Below are positions 8,284 through 18,104 of a DNA stretch of 37,815 bases, one piece after another. The notes under the pieces are model-generated. The model made no database searches. It was not told where the DNA came from and worked only from the letters and a program-made list of their open reading frames with translations. Made by a program: the position numbers and the translations under genes. This DNA is from Promethearchaeota archaeon (GTDB lineage Archaea > Asgardarchaeota > Lokiarchaeia > Sigyniarchaeales > SOKP01): positions 1-37,815 of the forward strand of contig JALGVJ010000033.1 in assembly GCA_029838195.1 (NCBI GenBank). The letters run 5' to 3'. Position 1 is the stretch's first letter. Each line of letters starts with the position of its first letter.

Positions 8284-9465
8284 ATGGAATTTACTTTAAC
8301 AAAAGAGCAAAAGGCTCTTAAAGAAAAAGCACGCATCTTTGCAATTAATGAAATATTACCTGTAGCGAGAAAATATGACGAATCAGAAGAATTTCCGTTA
8401 GATGTCATTAAAAAAGCTCATGAACTAGGATTATTGAATTTATCCATTCCTAAGAAATATGGTGGCCCAGACTTGGGAATTTTAGATGCTTGTTTGGTGG
8501 TGGAGGAAATATCCTCCGCTTGTCCGGGTATTGCAACGTCAATTTTTGATAATAATTTAGGTGCGGAACCCATTATATTAGGAGGGAATGAAGAACAAAA
8601 GCAAAGGATATTGTCTCAACTAATAAAGGATTATAAGCTCATTGCTTTTGCTACTTCTGAACCAACCATGGGGTCAGATGTTGCCGGAATGAAATGTAGG
8701 GCAGAAAAAGATGGAGAGGATTATCTCTTAAATGGAACTAAATTTTGGGTTACCAATGGTGGTTTTGCTGATTATATCATCATTTTTGCTACTATCGATC
8801 CTCAATTAAAACATAAAGGTATTTGTGCTTTTATCGTTCCTACCGATTCTGAAGGCGTGAAATTAGGGAAACAAATTCCAAAACTCGGTCAAAGGGCATC
8901 CAATACGGTAGCCGTGGTATTAAAAAACGTTCGCGTGAAAAAAGAAAATGTATTGGCGAAGCCAGGAAGGGGTTTTGTTTTAGCAATGCAAACATTTGCT
9001 CACACGCGTCCGGCAATTGGTGCTTTTGCTATTGGATGTGCTCGTTCTGCCATGGAATATTCTATCGATTACGCTAAAAAGAGAGAAGCATTTGGAAGAA
9101 CTCTCAATAATTATCAAGCTATTCAATTTAAAATCGCTGAGATGTATAAAGATATTGAGGCTGCCCGTCTTCTTACATATAAAGCTGCTTGGGAAGCAGA
9201 CCAAGGGCTTGATAATAATCTTAGCTCATCCATAGCTAAAGCGTTTGCTTCAGATGTCGCAATGAAAGTTACTATGGAAGCCATCCAAATCTTCGGAGGC
9301 TATGGATATTTAAGAACATATCCAGTTGAAAAATTATTTCGAGATGCGAAATTATATCAGATCTACGAGGGGACTAGCGAAATTCAGAGAATTATTATCT
9401 CTAGGTTTGCCATGAAACGCTATGAACATGCCATGCCCTCTCTTTTTAAACGCGATAGAAAATAG
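8284..9465 (+). CDS. Acyl-CoA dehydrogenase
   Basis: FATSEPTMGSD, LNGTKFWVTNG, QIFGGYGY, QIYEGTSEIQR. Confidence 0.95.
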   Translation: MEFTLTKEQKALKEKARIFAINEILPVARKYDESEEFPLDVIKKAHELGLLNLSIPKKYGGPDLGILDACLVVEEISSACPGIATSIFDNNLGAEPIILGGNEEQKQRILSQLIKDYKLIAFATSEPTMGSDVAGMKCRAEKDGEDYLLNGTKFWVTNGGFADYIIIFATIDPQLKHKGICAFIVPTDSEGVKLGKQIPKLGQRASNTVAVVLKNVRVKKENVLAKPGRGFVLAMQTFAHTRPAIGAFAIGCARSAMEYSIDYAKKREAFGRTLNNYQAIQFKIAEMYKDIEAARLLTYKAAWEADQGLDNNLSSSIAKAFASDVAMKVTMEAIQIFGGYGYLRTYPVEKLFRDAKLYQIYEGTSEIQRIIISRFAMKRYEHAMPSLFKRDRK

Positions 9466-9594
9466 ATTTCTTAACTAATTTTTTTTTTTCTTAACATCTC
9501 CTTAATAATAACTTAATATTCGTAAAAGAAATTATTCAAATTTCAGAATTGGTCTCAAAAATGAATGTTATTGAAACTTCAAGGGAACTTTATT

Positions 9595-10167
9595 TTAATC
9601 TTCTTTTTTAATATAATCCACGATTAAGTTGGCCGCTTCTAAAAAATTATCTGCAATTAATGTGGGCGTGATAGATTGCTGTTTTAAATCGGTTAGATGA
9701 TGTTTACCATGTCCTGTTAATAAATAGACGGTTTTACAACCAGCATTAATTCCAAGTAAAATATCAGTGGGGTGATCCCCTATTACCCATGATTGTCTTA
9801 AATCGATATCATATTGCGTGCGTGCTTCTAATAAAGAGTGTATTTTTGGCTTTCTGCATTCACAATTATCTTCAGGAATGTGAGGGCATACATAAGTTTT
9901 TTTTATATCAATTCCATGAGATTCGAGAACATGGACTAAATGTTCATTAAATCTTAAAAAATCCTCATGAGTATAATATCCCCTTCCTATGCCTGATTGA
10001 TTCGTGACAATAAAAAATATAAAATGCGGTTTAAGTACTTTTAATCCCTCAATTACGCCAGATAATAATTTAAAATCCTCTATTTTATGAACATATCCTT
10101 TATCTTCATTTAAAGTTCCATCCCTATCTAAAAATATAGCTTTTTGTTTTTCTTTCTTCGATTTCAT
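9595..10167 (-). CDS. gmhB: HAD-IIIA phosphatase (GmhB / histidinol-phosphatase-like)
   Basis: FLDRDGTLN, VTNQSGIGRG, CPH...CECRKP, IGD. Confidence 0.85.
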   Translation of the reverse strand: MKSKKEKQKAIFLDRDGTLNEDKGYVHKIEDFKLLSGVIEGLKVLKPHFIFFIVTNQSGIGRGYYTHEDFLRFNEHLVHVLESHGIDIKKTYVCPHIPEDNCECRKPKIHSLLEARTQYDIDLRQSWVIGDHPTDILLGINAGCKTVYLLTGHGKHHLTDLKQQSITPTLIADNFLEAANLIVDYIKKED

Positions 10168-10766
10168 CCTTTAAATTTCCTTTCTCTCCTCCTCTTTTCA
10201 TGAATAAAAATGATTCACGTGTAAAAAATTATGCTCAAAATAGTAAAATCCTTTTCCTTTTTTAGATCACGTTCAATGCGATATAATAAATAAACTTGTT
10301 GGGAACTATATAAACAATGATTTTTGTCTGATATGGAACTTCAAAATTTAATAAGATTTAATCAAATAAAAAAAGCTTCTAATTAGAAATCTTAAAATAA
10401 AAAAAAGAGAAAGAGAGATTCCTGAATTTTCATCAATTTTAATTGTTAAACAAAAGTGAATAAATTAGGAAATTACTTATATTAGGGGATATTGTTTTTT
10501 CATGAATCTCTCTCTATTCTACAAAGAAGTAATTTAAGTATTTAAATCTTAGCATTTTTACTCCAAATATAGTGATGGTTTAAGAGAAGATTGATTTAAA
10601 GAGAAAAGGAAAAATTTTAAGAAGAGTTTAACTCAATTGAGTATTCTTGAAAAAAATTCTATCTCTACTTGATTTCATGAATGATCTAAATGCATTAAGA
10701 ACACGGGCAAATATTAGATTTTCTAAAGGGATTAATAATTTAAATTATTCTTGATTAGAACTATTC

Positions 10767-11519
10767 GTGTCTGAGGAAAAAGATAGCGATAATACATTCG
10801 ACGAAGTTAATGGGCAGGAATTTGATGACTTTTTTAAAAAAGATATTATAATAGCGAAAAATTTAATTAAGGATTATGAAATCGGCGAATTCATCATTCG
10901 TGCAATAGATAATGTCTCATTAAGTATTGAAGCAGGAGCGTTTGTTGTAATTAAAGGACCCTCTGGCGCAGGAAAGACTACACTACTACGCTTATTAAGC
11001 GGGATAGAGCGCCCCACTCAAGGGGAAATCTATTCATTTGGGGTAAAAATCTCAGACATGTTGGAAGAATCAGTCAGTACATTTAGACTTGCTCATCATG
11101 GTTTTGTTTTTCAAAATTATAATTTAATCAGTACTTTAAGTGCTGAAGAAAATGTTATTTTTCCCATGAATCTTTCGGGCATCCCCATTAAAAGAGCAAG
11201 GGCACGAGCAGTAGAATTATTGAATAAAGTGGGCCTCTCAGAAAGAAAAGAACACCTTCCATTTCAATTATCCGCCGGGGAACAGCAGAGAGCAGCATTG
11301 GTTCGTGCATTAGCAAATGATCCTCCCTTGATCTTCGCAGATGAACCCACAGCAAATTTAGACAAATATTCAAGTATGAAAATAAAAGATATTTTTCAAG
11401 AATTAAAAGAAAAGAAAAAAACTATTATTTTAGCCACCCACGATGACAATTTGATACAACTTGCGAATAGAATCATTGAAATCGATGAAGGACAAATTAA
11501 AAATGATGTAATGAAATAA
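10767..11519 (+). CDS. ABC transporter ATP-binding protein (LolD/MacB-like)
   Basis: GPSGAGKT, LSAGEQQR, ADEPTANLD, ATHD. Confidence 0.95.
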   Translation: MSEEKDSDNTFDEVNGQEFDDFFKKDIIIAKNLIKDYEIGEFIIRAIDNVSLSIEAGAFVVIKGPSGAGKTTLLRLLSGIERPTQGEIYSFGVKISDMLEESVSTFRLAHHGFVFQNYNLISTLSAEENVIFPMNLSGIPIKRARARAVELLNKVGLSERKEHLPFQLSAGEQQRAALVRALANDPPLIFADEPTANLDKYSSMKIKDIFQELKEKKKTIILATHDDNLIQLANRIIEIDEGQIKNDVMK

Positions 11520-11547
11520 AATAGACTTGTGAGGGTATCGAAAGAGA

Positions 11548-13449
11548 ATGTCCATTAATTTTCTTTTAAAAGATTTCTTTCGAGGAAAAAATCAAACGCT
11601 TCCTCACATATTTGTTTTAATTATAATGATTGCTACTGATATCTTTCAGGTAAATTGTAATTTTTTAATAGGGTTGAAAATATATCCTCTTGGAAATTAT
11701 TCACAATTCCAGAATAATCCATATTTTTTCACTGGAACGATAAATCTGATTTATTCACAACTATCACTCCTTAATCTATATTTAATGCATCTTTTAACGA
11801 TTATTGTGATTTGGGTAATTATCACCTCCTTCTTAGCTTATAAAAAACGAGATATTGCAATAATGAGGGCAATTGGCGGTGTACCAAATAATTTATATGG
11901 TTTTTTCATGAAAGAAATTTTTTTATTATTTTTAATCGGGTATATCATGGGATTTTTTTTAGGAATTTTTTTTACATTAATTTTTTTTATATGGGGCTCA
12001 ATTATCACGGGATCTTTTAATCTTTCATTTGATTTCCTTCATAATTTAATCTTTTTTTTCATTTACATGGTTAGTGTCTTTCTAATTGCGGGCAAAAAGC
12101 TGAAAAAAATAGGTAATGAGCCATTAACTAAAAATTTTTCATCCGATCTTCCATTATCTTTAAATGTAACGGCGAAATTAAAATTTCTATTGAATTTTTT
12201 AAGTGCGCTAAGCTTAAAATTCAAAATTTCCATTATTAATGTTTTACGAAAGAAAAAAGAATATCAGAGAAATTTTCTTTTTTTTTCCCTAATATTTTCT
12301 CTCCTTTTTACGCTTGGGTTAAATATTTTGATTATTCGAGAATCTTCCCATCAATGGATTAATAATGCTCAAGGAACAAACGTCCTCATCATTGGTCATG
12401 AAGATGTTTTATATCATTATTCTCTTATGTATGAAATGTTTTCAGATCCCCGGATTTTTATTGATGAGAATAATATTGATTTCTTAAATGAGGATTACAT
12501 ATTCAGTCGTAACCAAATACAAGCATTAGAAAATATAAAGGGTATTCTTTCAATAGAAGATCGTTTAATCTCATTCTGCGAGGTTAAAGAACTCAAGGGA
12601 TTAATCGTAGATGATAATGGAGAATACATGACGATTGGTGAAAATCGACAAGGAATCATTCCGATTATCGGAATAGAACAAGACTCTCTCATAAAAAATA
12701 GTGAAATAGAAGGGAAATGGGGGGAAAACGATTATATGGTAATTGGAGATGGACTAGCAAGCAATTTTTTCGAATATCCTCTCAATCAATCAATTTATGT
12801 AAAATCTTTACAAGAGATTTTCCATATTTCTGGTGTAATTATCGATAGTTTTTATAATGGCCATGTCGGGTATATTTCATTAAAAGAATATCAAGAACAT
12901 TTAAAATTAAGACAAGATCTGGTAAATCTAGTGCTACTCTCATGTGATCCAATTTCTTGGGGAGATGATTTTGATCTTTTAAGGAGTATTATTACAAAGA
13001 ATCTGGGAGAAGAATTTACTTTTTTGAGCTTGGATTTTGCATTTAAAAAAAATCATGATTTTTTGGATTCGCTAGCAGTGTATCCATTCTTTCTATTTTT
13101 TTTCATTTCTCTAAATGTTTTCCTTTCAATATATAATTATCAAAGAGGAGCATTACAAGGGAATCTTAAAGATTTTATTCTCATTAAAATGTTAGGAGCT
13201 AAAATGAAAACTTTAAAACAAATTTTATTCTTAGAATCTTTTTATGCTTTTTTTCCTGCGTTAATTTTAGGCTTGTCCCTTTCGATGATAGCTACTCCTC
13301 TATTCTTACATGATCGTGCTTATTTACCTGGTCTGATTTTTCCAATAAGTTTATTTTTCATTTCTTTTATTATGATGTTAATATTTATTGGATTTAGTAT
13401 TAGAGTTCTATTCAAAAAATTAAGTGAGGCATTATTTTTGAACCGCTGA
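11548..13449 (+). CDS. ABC transporter permease, FtsX/MacB-like
   Basis: Two TM clusters with RDIAIMRAIG and DFILIKMLGA motifs flanking a large extracytoplasmic domain; adjacent to the ATPase. Confidence 0.85.
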   Translation: MSINFLLKDFFRGKNQTLPHIFVLIIMIATDIFQVNCNFLIGLKIYPLGNYSQFQNNPYFFTGTINLIYSQLSLLNLYLMHLLTIIVIWVIITSFLAYKKRDIAIMRAIGGVPNNLYGFFMKEIFLLFLIGYIMGFFLGIFFTLIFFIWGSIITGSFNLSFDFLHNLIFFFIYMVSVFLIAGKKLKKIGNEPLTKNFSSDLPLSLNVTAKLKFLLNFLSALSLKFKISIINVLRKKKEYQRNFLFFSLIFSLLFTLGLNILIIRESSHQWINNAQGTNVLIIGHEDVLYHYSLMYEMFSDPRIFIDENNIDFLNEDYIFSRNQIQALENIKGILSIEDRLISFCEVKELKGLIVDDNGEYMTIGENRQGIIPIIGIEQDSLIKNSEIEGKWGENDYMVIGDGLASNFFEYPLNQSIYVKSLQEIFHISGVIIDSFYNGHVGYISLKEYQEHLKLRQDLVNLVLLSCDPISWGDDFDLLRSIITKNLGEEFTFLSLDFAFKKNHDFLDSLAVYPFFLFFFISLNVFLSIYNYQRGALQGNLKDFILIKMLGAKMKTLKQILFLESFYAFFPALILGLSLSMIATPLFLHDRAYLPGLIFPISLFFISFIMMLIFIGFSIRVLFKKLSEALFLNR

Positions 13450-13583
13450 TATAAGCGATAATCTCTCTATAAAAGAAAAATATACTTTATCCATGGGAAA
13501 ACCGTAGCTTAAAATTTAAAAAAACCTTATTTATTATGAGAAGTTCTATAAAAAAGAAAAAAGATGCATTAATTTAAATCGAG

Positions 13584-14690
13584 ATGATAACAATGTCAGA
13601 GGAATCTTTAAAAAAACGTGTAAAAGAATTAGAAAAAGAGTTAGAAATAAAGGAAAAAGAAATAAATCAATATTTGGACAGGATTGAACAATTAGAAGAC
13701 ACTATCATGAGATTAGAAAAAATAATTTCCAATGAAGAGACAACGGATTCAAGAACGCTCATTCTTTTAGATGAGAAGGAAAGAGAAATTCGAGAATTAA
13801 AAGATAAGATGGGATTTTTAAGGAAAGAAAATATAAAATTACAACAAGAACTCAGTAAATATCAAAAAAAAGATAGTTCTTCCGTAATTCGATTAGAAGA
13901 AAAAAAATTCCCCCTTGATAACTTAGTAGAAGATTTACAGAGAAAAATTAATCAACAAAAAACTATCATTGCCCAATTAAAAACGGAAAATGAAAAATTG
14001 GAAGAATTGAAAAATAGCTTGAAAGCAAAAGATAAAAAAATCAATGAATTAACAGCAAGAATTAATGAATTGGAACAAATTAAAATTGAAAAGGGAGAAT
14101 TGCCGGTGGAGGCCAAAACGGCGGTCGAGAAAAGCTTAACTCAAGAATTACAAGAAAAATTAAATAAAACCCGAATGGAATTAGAAATAACCAAAGAAAA
14201 ACTACGGGCTGTTGAGAAAGCTCAAAAAAAAGGAGAAACAAGACCTCTCTCAAGCATGATTTCGAAATTACAGCAAGAAAAAGAAGATCTTAAAAACCTC
14301 TTACAAAAGAAAGAAGATGAAATTACCTTATTGAATAATGAATTAGAAAGCGTGAAAAAATCAAAATCAGAACTTGTTGAAGTACCCCCTTCCCTAGCGG
14401 CGAATATAAGCCCTACTGTTTCTGAACTAACCGAATTATTACAAGATAAATTAAATAAAGCACGTTCTCGTATTCAATTACTAGAACAAGAACTTAAAGT
14501 CGCTAAAGGAGGTTCAGAAATTTCTTCTGAAAAAATAAAATTCGAATTAATGGAAGAAGTAAAAGTTAAAGAAGATAAAATTAAACAACTTCAGCAACAA
14601 GTAAAAATGTTAGAAGAAAAATTAAAAGAACGAGAATTAAAACTTTCTGGTTTGAAAAGTACCCTTAAAAGTCTATTGAATGAAAAATAA
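13584..14690 (+). CDS. Long coiled-coil protein with internal repeats
   Basis: E/K/L heptads throughout; repeated LTQELQEKLNKTR / LTELLQDKLNKAR / LVEDLQRKINQQK. Confidence 0.8.
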   Translation: MITMSEESLKKRVKELEKELEIKEKEINQYLDRIEQLEDTIMRLEKIISNEETTDSRTLILLDEKEREIRELKDKMGFLRKENIKLQQELSKYQKKDSSSVIRLEEKKFPLDNLVEDLQRKINQQKTIIAQLKTENEKLEELKNSLKAKDKKINELTARINELEQIKIEKGELPVEAKTAVEKSLTQELQEKLNKTRMELEITKEKLRAVEKAQKKGETRPLSSMISKLQQEKEDLKNLLQKKEDEITLLNNELESVKKSKSELVEVPPSLAANISPTVSELTELLQDKLNKARSRIQLLEQELKVAKGGSEISSEKIKFELMEEVKVKEDKIKQLQQQVKMLEEKLKERELKLSGLKSTLKSLLNEK

Positions 14691-14745
14691 GTATTTTGTA
14701 CGGAAAAACGATTCAAAAAAATTTCAAAAAAAAAGCGTAGTTCTG

Positions 14746-15729
14746 ATGATTGAACTAATAATTCTAGGATCTTCCGGAAGTATCCCGATAAGAGAACGAA
14801 ACTTACCCTCCATTGCACTTAAATATCGATCCGAAATCCTTCTATTTGATTGTGGAGAAGATGTTCAAAGAAGATTTTTAGAAGCGGGATTGAAATTAAA
14901 CAAGCCCATGAAAATTTTTATCACTCATTTTCACGGGGATCACATTATTGGATTACCAGGTTTATTATTCCGATTTAATTTAACTGATAGAACCGCTCCT
15001 TTAGCAATTTACGGCCCCCCACGTCTTTTTATTTACCTTTATTTTCATCATAAAATAGTTGGATTGAAAGCTAGATATCCCCTAAGAATAATAGAAATTG
15101 ATCATGACACAAATACCCTTATTAAATATGATGGATTAAATAACTATGATTCTAAAACGGAAATAAAAATTGAAAATAACACTCTCTTTGAATCAAAATA
15201 TTATAGCATTCAATATGCTGTGATGGAACACTCCGTTCGTAATTATGCATATTCCTTTATCGAAAAGCCTCGTCCTGGAAAATTTCATCCTGAAAAAGCT
15301 AAAGAACTTGGAATTCCCCCGAGCCCTCTCTGGAAAAAAATGCAAGAAGGTAAAAAAATCACCTATAAGGGGAAAAGAATCAATCCCATTAACGAAGGAA
15401 TTGTCGATCCTAAACGTTCCGGGAGAAAAATTACGTACTCTGGAGATACAGCACCTTGTAATGCATTAATCGAATTAGGTAAAAATTCAGATATTTTGAT
15501 TCACGAAGCTACTTATACAGAACATCTGAAAAACATCGCTAGAAAGAAAAAACATTCTACTTCTGTTGATGCTGCCGAAATTGCATTAAAAATGAATGCC
15601 AAACAATTGCTACTAACACATATCTCTTCACGTTATGAAGATGATACCACTAAATTACTTGAAGAAGCAAAAAATGTTTTCCCTAATACTTTATTGGCAA
15701 GAGATCTAATGAAAATCTCTCTATTTTAA
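14746..15729 (+). CDS. rnz: Ribonuclease Z
   Basis: LFDCGE, THFHGDHIIGLPG, YSGDT, HEAT, HST, LTHISSRY. Start moved to MIELIILGSSGSIP (ORF track begins at 14680). Confidence 0.95.
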   Translation: MIELIILGSSGSIPIRERNLPSIALKYRSEILLFDCGEDVQRRFLEAGLKLNKPMKIFITHFHGDHIIGLPGLLFRFNLTDRTAPLAIYGPPRLFIYLYFHHKIVGLKARYPLRIIEIDHDTNTLIKYDGLNNYDSKTEIKIENNTLFESKYYSIQYAVMEHSVRNYAYSFIEKPRPGKFHPEKAKELGIPPSPLWKKMQEGKKITYKGKRINPINEGIVDPKRSGRKITYSGDTAPCNALIELGKNSDILIHEATYTEHLKNIARKKKHSTSVDAAEIALKMNAKQLLLTHISSRYEDDTTKLLEEAKNVFPNTLLARDLMKISLF

Positions 15730-15785
15730 AATAAGAATGAACTTCTTGAGCATAAAAATATAAATGAATAAAAAAAATTTAAATT

Positions 15786-15995
15786 TTATTTTCCTCCCGC
15801 AATGTGAGGAAGAATGACCACTTTTGAACTGGGAGTGATTTTCGTATCGGGATCCGCTTTTTTGCCATCCACTAAGATGCCAAAATATTTATCCTCTAAG
15901 TTTAATTCTCTGAGTAGATCACCGACAGTCATAGTTCTCTCTGGAGTAAACGTTTCATAAATTCCAGTTTCTAGTAATTCACTTACTTGTTTCAC
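15786..15995 (-). CDS. MoaD/ThiS/SAMP ubiquitin-like beta-grasp protein ending GGK
   Basis: TVGDLLRELNL...ILVDG...VVILPHIAGGK; GTG start with AGGTAAGG RBS upstream. Confidence 0.85.
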   Translation of the reverse strand: MKQVSELLETGIYETFTPERTMTVGDLLRELNLEDKYFGILVDGKKADPDTKITPSSKVVILPHIAGGK

Positions 15996-16282
15996 TTTTC
16001 CTTACCTATTATAAAATTTGAATTAGTTTTACTTTAAATAAAAATAAACACTACTCATATAAATATTTATTCCATTAATTTCTAAAACTTGGTCTTATAT
16101 AATAAGATGCAGTGAATATCTTTTAAATTTAGCTTTAAAAGAGAGCAAATATTAAAAAATGTTTTATAATTCTTTTGAAAGATATAAAGAATTTAAAAAT
16201 CCATTTCTTTTTTATTGATACATTAATTTTAGTGCATGATTAGATGAAATTGAAATGCCTTTCTAAAAGAGTTGAGAAATAG

Positions 16283-17953
16283 ATTATTGAAATTGACTCC
16301 GATTTAAAAGATTATAGCGATTTTCTTGAGAAGCAACGAAAAAAAATAATTCATGCACAAGAATTAAAGGATATTCATGAGAAGAAAAAAGTTTTAGAGG
16401 AAATCATCTCATCTACAATTACTTTTTCTAACGAACTTGCTACAGCAGGCGATTATTTTGAAGCATGTGAACTCGTGTATTCTACCGCAGAGTTACTAGA
16501 AAATATTTCATATCAACATTCGCAGAAATTGTATCGATATAACATTGAATTATGGGAGAAACAAATAGAATCGTATAAATTGCAAGCAAAACTTCATGAA
16601 ATTGCTGAAATATATTTAAGAATTGCTGATATTCATGAAACAAAATTAAATGATACGAGCGCTCGGGATGAGAACATTAGAAAAAGCATCACGTATTTAA
16701 AACAAGAAAGCAATCTGTTAAAAGAATTTGATGAGTTTAGAAAATTAGCTCAAAATTATCAACATGTTGCGGATTTGTTCTTTAAATTGAATGATAATGA
16801 AAAAGCGATCACCTATTATAAAAAAGTCATCACGCTTTCTAAAAAGTTTAATTTCTTTGATCTCCTCTCATTTTCTTACCAACAAATCGCCCAAAATTAT
16901 CGAAAACTTGAAAATTACAAGAAAGCGAAAGATATTATATTAGACGGAATTACATGTTTCATTGAATTATCAAAGGAATTTGAAAATACAAATAATAATT
17001 TAATTTTGGCCCAAATTTATCAAATTTTAAAAAAATTATGTAAGATAATCAAGGATAAAGAATGTTACACCAAATATGCTAAAAAAGAAGCAAGTGCTTA
17101 CATTAATCTTGCTGAAACGTTAAAACGCGAAGAAAATAATTATTATAAAATTGCTCGATATTATCGGGGGGCAGGATTATGTTATAAAGAAATAAATTAT
17201 AATTTAATTGAATCAGCGTCGTGCTTCTTATTAGCCGGAAATTATTATGAAAAAATCAAGGATTATCATAATGCGGCAATAAATTTTTTTGATGCTGCGC
17301 TCGTTTTTAAAGAATTAAAAAACCATGAAATGGTGTATAAGAATTTCATTAAGGCCGGAGATAACTTTTTTAAAATTAACAACATGGCTCTTTTCACGGA
17401 AAGTTATTTAAATGCATATGATACTGCGATGGAGGCGAACCTTGAGTTTAATCGGTATGGAATCTTCAATCAAATAATTCGGGGATTAAGCTACATGGCA
17501 AAAGAAGGGCTCAAAAATAAACAATTCTTTATGGCGGCTACTCTAATTTTGGAAAGTATAAAATTTTATGAACAATTAGAAACGGCAAAAGACTTTCTCT
17601 TGAGAGAAATGGTTCGAAACGTGTATAGATATTATTATAAAGCAGCGAATCTTAAGAAAATTGGATATTCCCATATCGTCCAATCCTATATTTTAGCCTC
17701 AATCTCATGCATCCTTACAGGGAAGATAGAAAAAGCTCGAAAGATTCTCAATGAGCTTGATTCTGATGGAGTTATTGTAGTAGAGCAGTATAAAACTTTA
17801 ATTAATATAATAATTGATAAAATTACTAAGGGGGAACAAGTAGAATTAAATAGTTTCCCTTTTCACATTCGCAGATTAATCGAAGGCTCTGAAGAAGTTT
17901 TATTTCTATTAAAACTCTTTAAAGGATTCAAGATAGAGAATTATAATTCTTGA
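16283..17953 (+). CDS. TPR / alpha-SNAP-like helical repeat protein
   Basis: Repeats such as AAINFFDAALVFKEL and SASCFLLAGNYYEKI. The frame stays open and protein-like for 64 codons upstream of the track GTG (16475), back to a TAG at 16280-16282; true start uncertain. Confidence 0.75.
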   Translation: MIEIDSDLKDYSDFLEKQRKKIIHAQELKDIHEKKKVLEEIISSTITFSNELATAGDYFEACELVYSTAELLENISYQHSQKLYRYNIELWEKQIESYKLQAKLHEIAEIYLRIADIHETKLNDTSARDENIRKSITYLKQESNLLKEFDEFRKLAQNYQHVADLFFKLNDNEKAITYYKKVITLSKKFNFFDLLSFSYQQIAQNYRKLENYKKAKDIILDGITCFIELSKEFENTNNNLILAQIYQILKKLCKIIKDKECYTKYAKKEASAYINLAETLKREENNYYKIARYYRGAGLCYKEINYNLIESASCFLLAGNYYEKIKDYHNAAINFFDAALVFKELKNHEMVYKNFIKAGDNFFKINNMALFTESYLNAYDTAMEANLEFNRYGIFNQIIRGLSYMAKEGLKNKQFFMAATLILESIKFYEQLETAKDFLLREMVRNVYRYYYKAANLKKIGYSHIVQSYILASISCILTGKIEKARKILNELDSDGVIVVEQYKTLINIIIDKITKGEQVELNSFPFHIRRLIEGSEEVLFLLKLFKGFKIENYNS

Positions 17954-18104
17954 TAAGTCTTTTTATTAATAATAATGAAATGATTCGGAAAGATTAAAAA
18001 CCCTCATTTTTAAATAAAACGCTTGAGAATAAATATTTATATCAATATTTCCTCTATTCCTAACTCATTATAAGATTTAAAGAATAATAGAAAAAATAAA
18101 AAAA

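Noticed and set aside
8061-8408. 115-aa minus-strand ORF
   Set aside because: Antisense shadow of the fprA remnant and acyl-CoA dehydrogenase. The other short overlapping or antisense ORFs in the track were rejected for the same reason.
4427-16154. GCAAATATTA repeated at 4427, 10707 and 16145
   Set aside because: Probably an ordinary BRE/TATA-like promoter sequence or chance in AT-rich DNA; not supportable as a distinct element.
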